Below, one piece after another: positions 46,795 to 57,495 of a stretch of 64,000 nt of DNA. The DNA lies in assembly GCA_963708075.1 (NCBI GenBank), contig OY970194.1, forward strand, positions 701,862 through 765,861, in the 5' to 3' direction. The DNA comes from Sedimentisphaerales bacterium. GTDB taxonomy: Bacteria > Planctomycetota > Phycisphaerae > Sedimentisphaerales > Anaerobacaceae. Within the stretch, counting starts at the first letter, position 1, and the number at the start of each line of letters is the position of its first letter. The notes beneath the pieces are model-generated. The model searched no databases, was not told the DNA's origin, and saw only the letters and a list, made by a program, of their open reading frames with translations. Position numbers and translations under genes: made by a program.

Positions 46795-47534
46795 CGTTCA
46801 ACTCCGTCAGTGTCTCTGAACATCAAAGCCACAGCCAGCTCGCGGGCTTTCTGCGTTCTGAATGTGCGTTCGACAAACCCTCTGGCCTCGACGGCATCAA
46901 TGCCACTGCCGCGTTCACCGACTCTCGCCAGCCACTCTGCATCCCAGAGAATCTTCGATTCCATGCTGTCCTCGACCTCTCCCCGGCAATGAGTCTCGAT
47001 GATTCGACAGATGTGATCCGCCGGTTCAGCGTCCACACCACATCGGGTGAGGATCCCCTTCACGGTGACTGAATTCTCCTCCGTCAGTGGAACTTCCCGG
47101 GCGGGGCATGGGCCGCCGATCGCGTGGAGAATCGCGGCCGCATTGACGGCACGAGCGTCGCCTCCCTCGCAGGACAGGATTTCCTGGGCGTTCCTGAAGA
47201 CGGCAAGGGCGTGATCGATCGTCCGCTCATCCCGGCCGAAATGGCCTTTCATCTCCTTGATGAGTTTCTTGCAGAGGATGCTCTGCGGGTCCATCACCGC
47301 GCCAAGGCATTGCTCCGCATGCTGGCACCATTGGGCACAGCCGAGGTCCAGGCGGGGATTGACGATGACCTTTCGGCAGTGGGGGCACTTGACGCTCGGC
47401 TCGTCCTTCCAGAACTCTACCGCGGTCGCACAGTGCGGGCACTGGGCGTCAAAGATATCACCTGACTTCCAGAACCTCAGGTCCTGGCCCGGACATCTGA
47501 CCATTTCACGGTCCTCCTGCGACACAACGATCAC
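46791..47534 (-). CDS. Cys-rich zinc-ribbon plus HD-like domain protein
   Basis: CPHC...CPHC pairs at the N-terminus. HD-like ...DHALAV...AAILHAIGG (Asp of the HD pair not obvious). Confidence 0.5.
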   Translation of the reverse strand: MIVVSQEDREMVRCPGQDLRFWKSGDIFDAQCPHCATAVEFWKDEPSVKCPHCRKVIVNPRLDLGCAQWCQHAEQCLGAVMDPQSILCKKLIKEMKGHFGRDERTIDHALAVFRNAQEILSCEGGDARAVNAAAILHAIGGPCPAREVPLTEENSVTVKGILTRCGVDAEPADHICRIIETHCRGEVEDSMESKILWDAEWLARVGERGSGIDAVEARGFVERTFRTQKARELAVALMFRDTDGVER

Positions 47535-47620
47535 TCTGTCTGTCGGCTACTCATCACGTGCTTACTTGTACGCAGGTGACCGATGCTTGTTTGGCAATGT
47601 TGCCTCAAGTCGCCTGTCGC

Positions 47621-48649
47621 TCAGGATTTCGACAGTGCGGGCGCTGGGGCCGGCTTGCGGGGTTTCTGATTTTCCGCACAGAACCTGGCCATCAGCTCCT
47701 TGGCGATGCGAGTTCGTTCCGGCGAGCCGTCCATTTTGATAAACGCGTCTGCCAACTCCAGCAGTCCGGGATCGGCGGGATCGTCGCCGTAGTGCAACGC
47801 CGGATTGACAAACCCGGCATCCATGCCGCACTCGATCGCTCTCGCTGCATAGGCCCGGCACACACCGATAGCCCGGCCGGGGAGCTCGCCGGCGGCTGCA
47901 TCGATTCTAAGAAGACAGTGGGATCGTTTCGTGGTTGGATCGGTCCGGAGTCTTCTCATCGTCTCGAACGCACTGTACGTGCGTCCGCGACCGCCGGCGA
48001 GCGTCGGCTCGTCCTTAACCAACGGCACGGCCACCGGATCAAAGAAGATTTGCCCGGGGCCGAAGCCATGTTGATTGACAGCTTTCTCGAAGAGTTGTCT
48101 GGCGGCATCACAGGCGTCATCTACGCCGGAGATACCGCTGATTGGGTCGCCAAGCAGGGCGACGAAGTTGAAGTCGTGCTCTCCCTTGAGAGCCATCAGC
48201 CTGTCGGCTGTCCTGGCCCGAATGGAGCTCAATAGTGGCGTTCTGACTGGCTGATTCGTGTTGTACCATTCCTTCAGGCCCGCGATCAGGGCGTCGTCAA
48301 AGCGGCTGTCAATGCACACCGGCACCCCGCGACCGCATTGGCGGACCAGGCGGACGTACTGCTTCATCATCTTGACGGCCAGTTGTCCTTCCTGGTCGCT
48401 GATCGCATCGACGTTCACGGCGATGTAGTCCGCCCCGTCGTCGGCCTGGCTCTGGATCAACGCTTTGATATAGCCCATGGGACCGGCAGATTGGTGGAAC
48501 GCCGCTTCACCCAAATCGAGGATCTCTTTCATTACTTTGCCCGTCTTCGGATTCGAGGCGTTGACCTGATCGCCAATCGAGATCAGAGGGCTCTTCTTCG
48601 TATGATCCCTGCTGAACAGGTAGTTGAGGATAGACGACGTGTGCCGCAA
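47621..48649 (-). CDS. acsE: Pterin-binding methyltransferase, AcsE/MeTr-like (methyl-THF:corrinoid protein methyltransferase)
   Basis: LISIGDQVNAS (compare IGERIN), ...YIAVNVD..., ...VPVCIDS..., ...FFDPV.... Wood-Ljungdahl context. Only a TTG start is available, and it overlaps the upstream ORF by 143 nt. Confidence 0.65.
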   Translation of the reverse strand: MRHTSSILNYLFSRDHTKKSPLISIGDQVNASNPKTGKVMKEILDLGEAAFHQSAGPMGYIKALIQSQADDGADYIAVNVDAISDQEGQLAVKMMKQYVRLVRQCGRGVPVCIDSRFDDALIAGLKEWYNTNQPVRTPLLSSIRARTADRLMALKGEHDFNFVALLGDPISGISGVDDACDAARQLFEKAVNQHGFGPGQIFFDPVAVPLVKDEPTLAGGRGRTYSAFETMRRLRTDPTTKRSHCLLRIDAAAGELPGRAIGVCRAYAARAIECGMDAGFVNPALHYGDDPADPGLLELADAFIKMDGSPERTRIAKELMARFCAENQKPRKPAPAPALSKS

Positions 48650-50093
48650 CTCCGGGTTCTCGCGGCCGGTTGATTGTTCCTCTCAGACGCTGTATGCCGT
48701 CATGCTCGGCGACGGCGGCATCGTAGATCTTCTCGCCTATACAAATCTTGTCAAAGTTGTTTCCGCAGCGTCCATCGATCGTGGAGTCGCCGCAGGGGGC
48801 GTTGCTCAATCCTTTCTCACAGCCACCCATCGTGCAGCATCCGAAGTTCTCCGGCAGGTAGCAATCGCCGCAGTCCTGGCACTCGAAAGCCGCGTACTTG
48901 ATCGCTTTCTCCATCATGGCGAACGATCTGTATGCGAAGCCCGTTCCTTTTCCGGCCCCCACCAGGTGCATGAGGCCGCGACCCGCTTTGAAGCCTCCGT
49001 GCTCCGGGTCGAGGATCAGGCGGTGTGTCAGGTTGAAGCATCGCTGTGCGAGGCGTTTCTTTCGTTTGCCGGGACTCGTTCGGCGGCCCGCCTCATCGTA
49101 GAGGTAGAAGCGATCCGCCCCGGGCCAGCAGAGATTGTCTTTGTATTTCTCCCAATCGCCACCGATTTGCTCGGCTCGGCGAAGAATCTTCAGAAATGTG
49201 TCAAAATCGAGCAATCCGCCGACGTCGGCGCCCGCCGCCCCGATGGCCTTATACATCGCCACCTGTTGCGCCGCTCGCTCGATGTGGTCCTCGATCTTCT
49301 CTCGCTGCAACTGAGCGAGCAGATCGTCGCTGACGAAGCAACCGGGGAGCTTGCCGTCATGCATCAAGCGAGGCGCAGGAGTCAGCGTCGTGAGCAGATA
49401 CACGTTTCCCAGGACAGGGATGTCGATGTGAGTCTCCTGGAGGTACTGCATCAGCTCCAGGGACTTTCGCCAGTCGTAGCCAAGCTGCGTGATGAGGCAT
49501 CTGGCTCCGGCGGCGGTCTTCTTTTCCATTTTATAGTACTGCTGCATCTGTGAGGCTTCGGAGTACTTGAAGGGCGACACGGCAGCGGCGGGGAAGAACT
49601 GGGTGACGCTGTTCCACTGTCCCGGGCTCGCTTTCAGGTATGCGGCGTCATTCATCCGCTGGATGAGCTGCAGCAGGCCGACGGACTCGACCTCGAAGAC
49701 GCCCTGGGACCGGACCGGCTTGTCCCCGGTCAGGGCGAGTACGGACTCGACTCCGCGAGCGCGGAACGTGACAAGCGAGCTGGTGATCGCGTCGCTGTTG
49801 TGGTCTTTGCAACTCACGTGGGGAATGAAATCCAGCGGTCCCAGGAGGTCCGCCGCTTTGATTCGCGTGAGCACGTCCGCCGGCTCCAGATTGGCCACAC
49901 CGCCCGGGCTCTGCGGCGCCGTGACGCCAACGAAATCGAAGCTCTGAGGAATGCTGTCCGCGCCCGCCTCCTTCGCGGCCTTCAGAAACTTCTCGATGGG
50001 GGCGAAATTGAACCCGGGACCGGCGGCCAACTCCGCCACGATGACGAATTTTGATCTGTCGGTCAGACTTTTTGCCAGACTTTTAGCCTGCAT
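48507..50093 (-). CDS. metF: Methylenetetrahydrofolate reductase fused to a MetV-type Cys-rich C-terminal domain (MTHFR_C)
   Basis: The N-terminal MTHFR barrel has ...VSCKDHNSDAI...VLALTGD.... C-terminal FECQDCGDCYLPENFGCCTMGGCEKGLSNAPCGD. The 3' end is uncertain. Confidence 0.75.
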   Translation of the reverse strand: MQAKSLAKSLTDRSKFVIVAELAAGPGFNFAPIEKFLKAAKEAGADSIPQSFDFVGVTAPQSPGGVANLEPADVLTRIKAADLLGPLDFIPHVSCKDHNSDAITSSLVTFRARGVESVLALTGDKPVRSQGVFEVESVGLLQLIQRMNDAAYLKASPGQWNSVTQFFPAAAVSPFKYSEASQMQQYYKMEKKTAAGARCLITQLGYDWRKSLELMQYLQETHIDIPVLGNVYLLTTLTPAPRLMHDGKLPGCFVSDDLLAQLQREKIEDHIERAAQQVAMYKAIGAAGADVGGLLDFDTFLKILRRAEQIGGDWEKYKDNLCWPGADRFYLYDEAGRRTSPGKRKKRLAQRCFNLTHRLILDPEHGGFKAGRGLMHLVGAGKGTGFAYRSFAMMEKAIKYAAFECQDCGDCYLPENFGCCTMGGCEKGLSNAPCGDSTIDGRCGNNFDKICIGEKIYDAAVAEHDGIQRLRGTINRPREPGVAAHVVYPQLPVQQGSYEEEPSDLDWRSGQRLESEDGQSNERDPRFG

Positions 50094-50919
50094 GTGTGTA
50101 CCTCCCGTTATTGTCGATCCGAATCCTCGTAGGGTCTGTATAGATGTTGATCTTCCCGTTCCGGACGAATCCGCAAAGGGTGATATTCCACTTCTTGGCG
50201 GCGGTGATCGCGTAGGATGAGACGCCTGAGACGGCGACGATCAACTCGATGCCGGCGCGGGCGGCCTTGGTCACGATTTCCAGACTGACTCGCCCGGAGA
50301 GCACGAGGCCGCAGCCTCGCATCTCGCGTTTCATCAACAGGCACTTGCCGATGGCCTTGTCGAGCGCGTTGTGCCGGCCGATGTCCTCGGCGAACGAAAG
50401 AATGGCGCCGTCGCGGTCGAACAGGGCCGCCGCGTGTGAGCTGCCCGTCAGCGCGAACGTTGCTTGCATCGGCCGGAGGTTCTCGACGGTTTCAAGGAGC
50501 AGCCCCTCGGACACTTCCAGTGTATGCGGGCATGCGGGCACGTCCGACAGCATCTTCTGAATGTTGCGGACGCCGCACATGCCGCAGGAACTCGCCACGA
50601 TGAGATTCCTTGCAATGTCGAGTTGAACGGGCCTCTGGATCTCGATCCCGACGACATTCGGCAGATCATCCTTTGTCGCAATGGCCGTGATCTCATCGGC
50701 GCTGCGGATCATGCCCTCGGAGAAGATGAACCCTACAGCCAGCGCCTCGACATCGGACGGCGTGCACATCACGGTGAAGCTGCCGACGGTGTGAATCATG
50801 ATAGTCAGCGGCTCCTCGACGATGACATAGTCGGCCACCGTTTCTACATGCGAGGCCTGATGGACGCGATGGATATCCACACGGTTCGTCGCTCGGCGCG
50901 TCATTAGCAGATCTTTCAT
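50083..50919 (-). CDS. fdhD: Formate dehydrogenase accessory sulfurtransferase FdhD
   Basis: ...IVEEPLTI...ASSCGMCGVRNI...GSSHAAALF...DIGRHNALDK.... ATGA overlap with the fdhA stop. Confidence 0.85.
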   Translation of the reverse strand: MKDLLMTRRATNRVDIHRVHQASHVETVADYVIVEEPLTIMIHTVGSFTVMCTPSDVEALAVGFIFSEGMIRSADEITAIATKDDLPNVVGIEIQRPVQLDIARNLIVASSCGMCGVRNIQKMLSDVPACPHTLEVSEGLLLETVENLRPMQATFALTGSSHAAALFDRDGAILSFAEDIGRHNALDKAIGKCLLMKREMRGCGLVLSGRVSLEIVTKAARAGIELIVAVSGVSSYAITAAKKWNITLCGFVRNGKINIYTDPTRIRIDNNGRYTHAG

Positions 50920-53621
50920 GGCACCGCCTTTATCTGTGCAGCGCATACCTTGTACTCGGGAATCTTTGCAATGGGATCCAGCGCATCGTGCGTGAGCGCG
51001 TTCGCCGGGCCCTCCTGAAAATGGAACGGCATGAATAGCCAACCTCTCTCGATTTTCGTCGTCACCCTGGCCCGGGTCGTCACCTGTCCTCGACGGGTGG
51101 TCACCTCAACCATCTGGTCGTTGGCGATGCCGAAGCGCTCCGCGTCATGGGCATGAATCTCCACATACCCGGTCGGCGAAACCTGATGGATCGCGCGGCT
51201 TTTACGCGTCATAGTGCCCGTGTGGAACTGGTAGAGCTGTCGGCCCGTGGACAAGACAAACGGGAATCCTTCACGAGGCATCTCCGCCGGGCTTTTGAAC
51301 TCGACGGCGTGAAATTTGCCCTTGCCTCTCGTGAAGCGGTCCGCGTGGAGGTACTTCGTACCGGGATGCTGCCGGTCGGGGCAGGGCCATTGCAGGCCCT
51401 CTTTGTCGAGTCGCTCGAACGATATGCCTCCATAGATGGGCGTGACCGAAGCGATCTCCTCGGTGATCCGGGATGCCGATTCGTAGGCCATCGGATACCC
51501 CATCTTTGAGGCGACTTCGCAAATGATCTCCCAATCGTTGTGTGCCCGGCCGGGCGCCGTGACGGCCTTTCGTACTCGCTGCACTCTGCGCTCCGTGTTG
51601 GTGAAGGTGCCGTCCTTCTCCGCGAAACAGGCCGAAGGGAGCACCACGTCCGCATATTCCGCTGTCTCCGTCAGGAAGATGTCCTGCACGACCAGGAACT
51701 CGACGTCCTGCATCGCTTTTCGCGTGCGATTCAGGTTCGGGTCGGACAGGGCGGGATTCTCACCCATGATGTACAGGGCCTTGATCTTGTCGTGCTCGAC
51801 GGCGTGCATCATCTCGATGACGGTCAGTCCTTTGCGATCCGGCAGGTCCACACCCCACGCCTGCTGAAACTTCTTGCGTGCCTGTGCATCCTCCGCCGAC
51901 TGGTAGCCCGGATACACGTTCGGCAGGGCCCCCATGTCGCACGCGCCCTGCACGTTGTTCTGCCCCCGCAGAGGATTGACGCCGGCCGATTCCTTGCCCA
52001 AGTTGCCCGTCAACATCGCGAGATTCGCCAGTGTCAGCACGTTATCCGTGCCAGTCGTATGCTGCGTGATCCCCATGCTGTAGATGATGCTCGCCGGCGA
52101 GGTGGTGGCGTACAAGCGTGCGGCTCGGCGGATCGCCTCTGCCGGGACAGTCGTGATTGTTTCCGCGTCTTCGGGTGTGAAGTCTCTGATCGTCTCGGCC
52201 AGCGCCGCAAAGTCCTCCGTACGCTCCCGAATGAACGGCTCGTTATGCAGTTTCTCAGCCACGATTACGTTCATCATGGCGTTGATCATCGCCACGTCGG
52301 TGCCCGGCTTGTGGGCCAGGTGCACCGCAGCGAAGCGGACCAGGTCGATGCCCCGTGGGTCGGCCACGATGAGTTTCGCCCCATTCCAGACGACCGCCTC
52401 CTTGATGGCCAAGCCAATCACAGGGTGCGCCTCGGTCGTGTTCGAGCCGATGACGAAAATGCATCGGGCGTGTTTGATCTCCTCGATGGAGTTGGTCATG
52501 GCGCCGGAGCCGAACGCCTTGGCCAGACCGGCGACCGTGGAGGCGTGACACAACCTGGCGCAGTGGTCCACGTTGTTCGTGCCGACAGCCGCCCGCATGA
52601 ATTTCTGGAAGACGTAATTCTCCTCGTTCGTGCACTTGGCCGAAGAGAGCCCGCCGATGCTGTCGGGACCGAAGGTTGCCTTGATTTCCTTGAGCCGGCT
52701 GGCAATGAGCCCAATCGCCTCGTCCCACGAGGCCTTCTCGAACGTTCCATTTCGCCTGATCAGAGGAGTCGTCAGTCGCTTGTCGCTCTTGACGAACTCC
52801 ATCCCGAACCGGCCCTTGACACACAGATTGCCGTTGTTGGGGACCACTCCCGTGGGGCTGGTCACGCGCACGATTTCATTTTTGCCGTTGACGTTCAGAT
52901 CGATTTGACATCCCACGCCGCAATAGACGCAGGTCGTCCGCGTTCGCGTGAGGTCCCTGGCTTGCCCTTTGCTTTCTGCCGCCCGTTCGTACAATGCGCC
53001 GGTCGGGCAGGTCGAGATGCACTGGCCGCAGAGCTCGCACGTCGAATCGTTCAAGGGCATCCCGAAGGCCGTGGACACTTCGACCCAGGCCGCCCGGTCT
53101 TTGAATGTCAAGGCGCTGTCCATTTGCACTTCCTGGCAGATCCGGATGCAGCGGCCACATCGAATGCACTTCTCCGGCCGATAGCGAATCGCCTCGTTGC
53201 CGGTGGTGTAGTTCTCCACAGCTTCGCCGGGCCCGGGTGCAGCAAAAGCTGCATCGGCAATCTGGTACTCATAGCCGTACTTCTGCAGCAGGCAATCGCC
53301 ATTCCTGTCGCAGGTGGCGCACACGCCGCGATGCTCCGCAAACAGAAGCTCCAGAACGGTCCTTCGCAGCGCACGAATCTCGTCGGTATTCGTCTGGACG
53401 ACCATTCCGTCGGCGATTGCGAACGTGCACGCGGTTACGGGCCCCCGTTGTCCCGCGACCGCCACCAGGCATAGTCTGCACGCGCCGGCGGGCTTGAGCC
53501 TCGGATCGTGGCACAGATTCGGGATCTCGATGCCATTCGCCTGGGCAACATTGAGAATGGTCTGACCGGCTTGGCCGGCCAGTTGGATTCCATCAATTGT
53601 AATTTTGATTTCCGACATCAC
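50916..53621 (-). CDS. fdhA: Formate dehydrogenase catalytic (alpha) subunit, Mo/W-bis-MGD, Cys-type, with N-terminal 2Fe-2S and 4Fe-4S domains
   Basis: N-terminal ...CHDPRLKPAGACRLCLV...; ferredoxin motifs CIRCGRCIRIC and CELCGQCISTC; MGD domain with VDHCARLCHASTVAGL (Cys at the Sec/Cys position). Confidence 0.9.
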   Translation of the reverse strand: MMSEIKITIDGIQLAGQAGQTILNVAQANGIEIPNLCHDPRLKPAGACRLCLVAVAGQRGPVTACTFAIADGMVVQTNTDEIRALRRTVLELLFAEHRGVCATCDRNGDCLLQKYGYEYQIADAAFAAPGPGEAVENYTTGNEAIRYRPEKCIRCGRCIRICQEVQMDSALTFKDRAAWVEVSTAFGMPLNDSTCELCGQCISTCPTGALYERAAESKGQARDLTRTRTTCVYCGVGCQIDLNVNGKNEIVRVTSPTGVVPNNGNLCVKGRFGMEFVKSDKRLTTPLIRRNGTFEKASWDEAIGLIASRLKEIKATFGPDSIGGLSSAKCTNEENYVFQKFMRAAVGTNNVDHCARLCHASTVAGLAKAFGSGAMTNSIEEIKHARCIFVIGSNTTEAHPVIGLAIKEAVVWNGAKLIVADPRGIDLVRFAAVHLAHKPGTDVAMINAMMNVIVAEKLHNEPFIRERTEDFAALAETIRDFTPEDAETITTVPAEAIRRAARLYATTSPASIIYSMGITQHTTGTDNVLTLANLAMLTGNLGKESAGVNPLRGQNNVQGACDMGALPNVYPGYQSAEDAQARKKFQQAWGVDLPDRKGLTVIEMMHAVEHDKIKALYIMGENPALSDPNLNRTRKAMQDVEFLVVQDIFLTETAEYADVVLPSACFAEKDGTFTNTERRVQRVRKAVTAPGRAHNDWEIICEVASKMGYPMAYESASRITEEIASVTPIYGGISFERLDKEGLQWPCPDRQHPGTKYLHADRFTRGKGKFHAVEFKSPAEMPREGFPFVLSTGRQLYQFHTGTMTRKSRAIHQVSPTGYVEIHAHDAERFGIANDQMVEVTTRRGQVTTRARVTTKIERGWLFMPFHFQEGPANALTHDALDPIAKIPEYKVCAAQIKAVP

Positions 53622-53627
53622 TTCTCG

Positions 53628-56600
53628 TCACGCTCTTTCGAGGTCACATCGCAGGCACCTGCCCGCCTCGACGATAGCCTGTTCCCGGTCCAGCCCCAGC
53701 ACGACCTCCGCAAAGCCGCGTTTGCGTTTACTCAAGGGGATCATCTTTTCCTCGGCTCGGCCGTTGGTATCGGTGGGCGTTTCACGCACTTGCGCCAGAG
53801 CGACGCCGATGTCCTGCGGCAGGAGCCCCTTGCCGCCCAGCATCCGGTCGATATTTACGGCCGCCTTTTGACCGGCCGCGATCGCCGAGATGACCGACGC
53901 GGCGCCTGTCACGCAGTCCCCGCCGGCGAAGATCTCCGGCCGGGAGGTTCTGTGCGTCAAAGGATCGGTCCGTATCGTGCCCCACTCGGTTAGTTCAGGT
54001 CCTCCCTCAAAGCCGACCACCTCACAGGACGGTACCTGCCCGATCGCCGGGATCACAATCTCGCATTCGATCACGGTTTCACTGCCCTCGATGGCCACGG
54101 CCTTGCGCCTGCCGTCTTTCTCCGTTTTGCCCAGTTCGGCTCGGAGGGACTCAATGCCGACGACCCGGCCCGCCGTCCCCACGATGCGCCTGGGGATCGC
54201 CAGCACAATCACTTCCGCGCCTTCGGCAATCGCCCCGCGAATCTCTTCCTCGTAGGCGGGCATCTCCTCGCGGGTCCTCCGGTACATCACTGTCACTTTG
54301 TCTGCGCCCAACCGGATCGCCGATCTCGCCGCATCGATGGCTGCGTTGCCGCCGCCGAGCACGACGACTCGTTTGCCTGCGCAGTCGATCCCTTTGCCAA
54401 GGGCACGATCCCGCAGGAAGCCTATCGCGTCGACGACGCCTTCGAGATCGCTTCCCTCGATGTCGATGGTCTTGCCCCTCTGCGCGCCTGTGGCCACGAA
54501 TACCGCTCTGAAACCTTGCTTGACCAGGGTGCTCGTATCGGCCACCGGAGTCGAGGTATGCAGTTCCACGCCGTGAGAGAGAATGAAGGCGATTTCCCTG
54601 TTCAACGTGTCCTTCGGGAGCCGGTATTCGGGAATTCCCAGCGCGAGCATTCCACCGGGGATGGGCTGTGCTTCGAACATCACCGAGCGTCTGCCCATCA
54701 GGGCCAGAAAGTATCCGCAGGCGAGGCCGGCGGGTCCTGAGCCGATGATCGCTGCGGCCGGCTTGTGATTGGATGCGCGGACGAGAGGCTTGTCATGATC
54801 GTCGAGATTGTCCGCGATGTACCGCTTCAAGGCGCGAATCGCGAGAGGCTGATCGATCTCGCTTCGCCGGCATTTGCCTTCGCAGGGATGATCGCACACG
54901 CGCCCGCAGACGGAAATGAGCGGATTGCGTCGCCGGATCACGTCCGCCGCCTCGTGCAGCCTGCCTTCGCCCGCCAGCGCGAGATACTCAGGCACATTGA
55001 CGCCTGCCGGACACGCGTGCTGGCAGGGGACCCGGACCAGCCCTTCGCAGACGGAGGCCCGACATGTCTTCAGGACGATGTGCTCGATGTACTCCTCGCG
55101 GAAATGCCGCAGTGTCGATAGGACCGGGTTCGGAGCCGTCTGTCCAAGCCCGCAGAGCGAGGCTCTTCTTGATATGCGAGCCGAGGGTCTCCAGTCGGTC
55201 AAGGTCGGCCAATGTGGCCTGGCCGCGCGTGATAGCTTGCAGGATTTCGAGCATCTTCCTGGTGCCGACACGGCAGGGGGTGCACTTGCCGCACGACTCC
55301 GCCTGGACGAATTCCAGAAAGTACCTGGCGACGTCCACCATGCAGGTGTTCTCGTCCATCACGATCAGGCCACCCGAGCCCATGATGGCGCCGATAGCCT
55401 GAACGCTGTCGTAGTCGAGCTCGGTGTCGAGATATGCCGCCGGCACACACCCGCCGGAGGGCCCGCCGAGCTGAGCAGCCTTGAACTTCCGGCCCTTGCC
55501 GATGCCGCCGCCAATGTCGAACACGATCTCCCGCATGGTCGCGCCCATCGGAACTTCGACCAACCCGGTGTTCCTGACCCGACCGGCCAAGGCGAAGATC
55601 TTCGTGCCCTTACTCTTTTCCGTTCCGAAGGCGCTGTACCACCTTGCCCCGTTCTTCATCACGAGCGGGACATTCCCGAAGGTCTCGACGTTGTTGATGT
55701 TGGTCGGCCGTCGCATGTAGCCGCTTTGTGCCGGGAAGGGCGGACGCGGGTTCGGCATGCCCCGCAGACCTTCCAGCGAGGCGATCAGCGCGGTTTCCTC
55801 ACCGCAGACAAAGGCGCCCGCCCCCATTCGCACCTTGATGTCAAAGTCGAAGCCGGTCCCGGCGATATCCTTGCCCAGAAGGCCTCTTTCCCTCGCTTGC
55901 TCCAGTGCGATGCCTACGTGCTCGACCGCAATAGGGTACTCGGCGCGGACATAGACGATTCCCGTCGCTGCCCCAATGGCGTATGCAGCAATGATCATGC
56001 CTTCGATGACGCGGTGTGGGTCGCCTTCCAGCAGGGCACGATCCATGAATGCACCCGGATCGCCCTCATCGGCATTGCAGATCAGGTACTTTTCGTCGCC
56101 CGGCGCCTGCCGGCAGAACTTCCATTTCAGCCCGGTCGAGAAGCCCGCGCCTCCCCGACCTCTCAGGCCGGAAGCGATCATCTCGTCGATAACTTCCTGG
56201 GGCGTCCGCTCGGCTAAGACTTTCACGGCTGTGACGTATGTGCCGCGCTCGATGGCGCGTTCAATCTCCCTCGGATCGATGCGCCCGCAGTTCTCCAGGA
56301 CCAGCCTTCGCTGCTTGTTGTAGAAACTGACGTCTTCGATCCTGGGCTGCGGCTGCCCATTTTGCACTACGGCGAGCCTCTCCACGGGCAAATGGTTGCG
56401 GATCGTGCGCTCTATGATCTCGTCAACATCGTCGGGTGTGACACCGCCGTACAGGAAGTTGTCGGGCTCGATGAGCATGACCGGCGCCTTGGCGCACAGG
56501 CCGATACAGCCGGTATGCACTATGGCGACTTCGTCGGCAAGCCCCAGGACCTCGAGTCTTTCGCGAAACTTCGCCGCCACGTCCGCCGCTCCGAGCGCCC

Positions 56601-56712
56601 TGCACCCGGTCATGCAGATCAGGACTCTCGTGGTGTGTTTCCGCGCTTCGTCCTGGAGTCGGCTGTGTAGTTGCTCGATGGCCTTCAGAGATCGGATCTT
56701 GGGCTGTGACAT
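53628..56712 (-). pseudogene. NuoF-like (FMN/NAD(H), 51-kDa type) fused to a GltD-like NAD(P)H-FAD oxidoreductase, split by a single-base frameshift near 55150-55180
   Basis: ORF 54988..56712 carries the NuoF motifs but loses homology after ...LGSHIKK. The expected SLCGLGQTAPNPV...F..EY continues in ORF 53628..55271, followed by the GltD Fe-S and Rossmann motifs (AIIGSGPAGLACG). Confidence 0.75.
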
Positions 56713-56715
56713 TCG

Positions 56716-57222
56716 CTATTTGTACCTGTCCAGTATCCCCCGGACTCTGGCCGTGGTCATGTTGCCGTAGTAGTCGTTGTCCACCATCATCACCGGCGCC
56801 AGGAAACAGGTGCCGAGACAGGCGACGGTCTCAAACGTGAAACGCATGTCCTCCGTGGTCTGGCCCTCGGTGATTCCCAATTCGCGGCTGATGGCCTGGA
56901 TCATGCCATGCCCGCCTTTCACGTGGCAGGCGGTGCCTCGACAGCAGCGGACTGTGTGTCTTCCGTGCGGCTCAAGATGAAACTGCTCGTAGAAGGTTGC
57001 CACCCCGTAGACTTGGCTCGCGGGAATGCCCGTCCGCCGGCTCATCTCCAGCAGCACTCGGGGCGGCAGATACCCGTACCCGGCCTGGATCTCCTGAAGG
57101 AGGGGGCTCAGGTCCGTCGCTGTGACCCGGGGTCGTGTGGCCAGAATCCGTTCCAGCACTCCCATGTCCACGCAAGTATCGATACCCGGTTTCACCATAG
57201 ACACATCCTGTCTCCCAACCAT
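56716..57222 (-). CDS. NuoE/HoxE-like thioredoxin-fold 2Fe-2S subunit
   Basis: ...LLQEIQAGYGYLP...TVRCCRGTACHVKG...VACLGTCFLAPVMMVD.... The start could be 57204 or 57198. Confidence 0.8.
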   Translation of the reverse strand: MVGRQDVSMVKPGIDTCVDMGVLERILATRPRVTATDLSPLLQEIQAGYGYLPPRVLLEMSRRTGIPASQVYGVATFYEQFHLEPHGRHTVRCCRGTACHVKGGHGMIQAISRELGITEGQTTEDMRFTFETVACLGTCFLAPVMMVDNDYYGNMTTARVRGILDRYK

Positions 57223-57251
57223 TCTGAATTTAGGAAAACTATGAGGGCGAG

Positions 57252-57274
57252 ACTATTGTGGAAAGTACGTACAT
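57252..57274 (-). promoter_or_regulatory. 23-nt conserved box (ATGTACGTACTTTCCACAATAGT on the minus strand) upstream of the FDH/methyl-branch operon
   Basis: 21/23 identical to the box at 58196-58218, in the same orientation relative to its operon. Confidence 0.5.
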
Positions 57275-57495
57275 GGGCAGTTCGGCGCGAATCTTCATCA
57301 TTTTTGTTGCGCTTGGCGCAGGCGGTGCTCAGGGGACGCCGCTCATATGATTTGCAGGTGAATGTGACGATCTCGAGTTGGGGGCCCATTCCAGTACTTG
57401 GGGATGACGCGGTGTCAGTGCTCGACTATGATGAGGTATGCCCGTGCTTGCGATTACAACGCGGGGCCTTGTCGCGATTTCGGGAGAATCGTAGC

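Noticed and set aside
50916-53621. Selenocysteine (TGA recoding) in the formate dehydrogenase
   Set aside because: The ORF is uninterrupted and the active-site position reads CARLCHAST with a Cys codon. There is no in-frame TGA and no need for a SECIS element.
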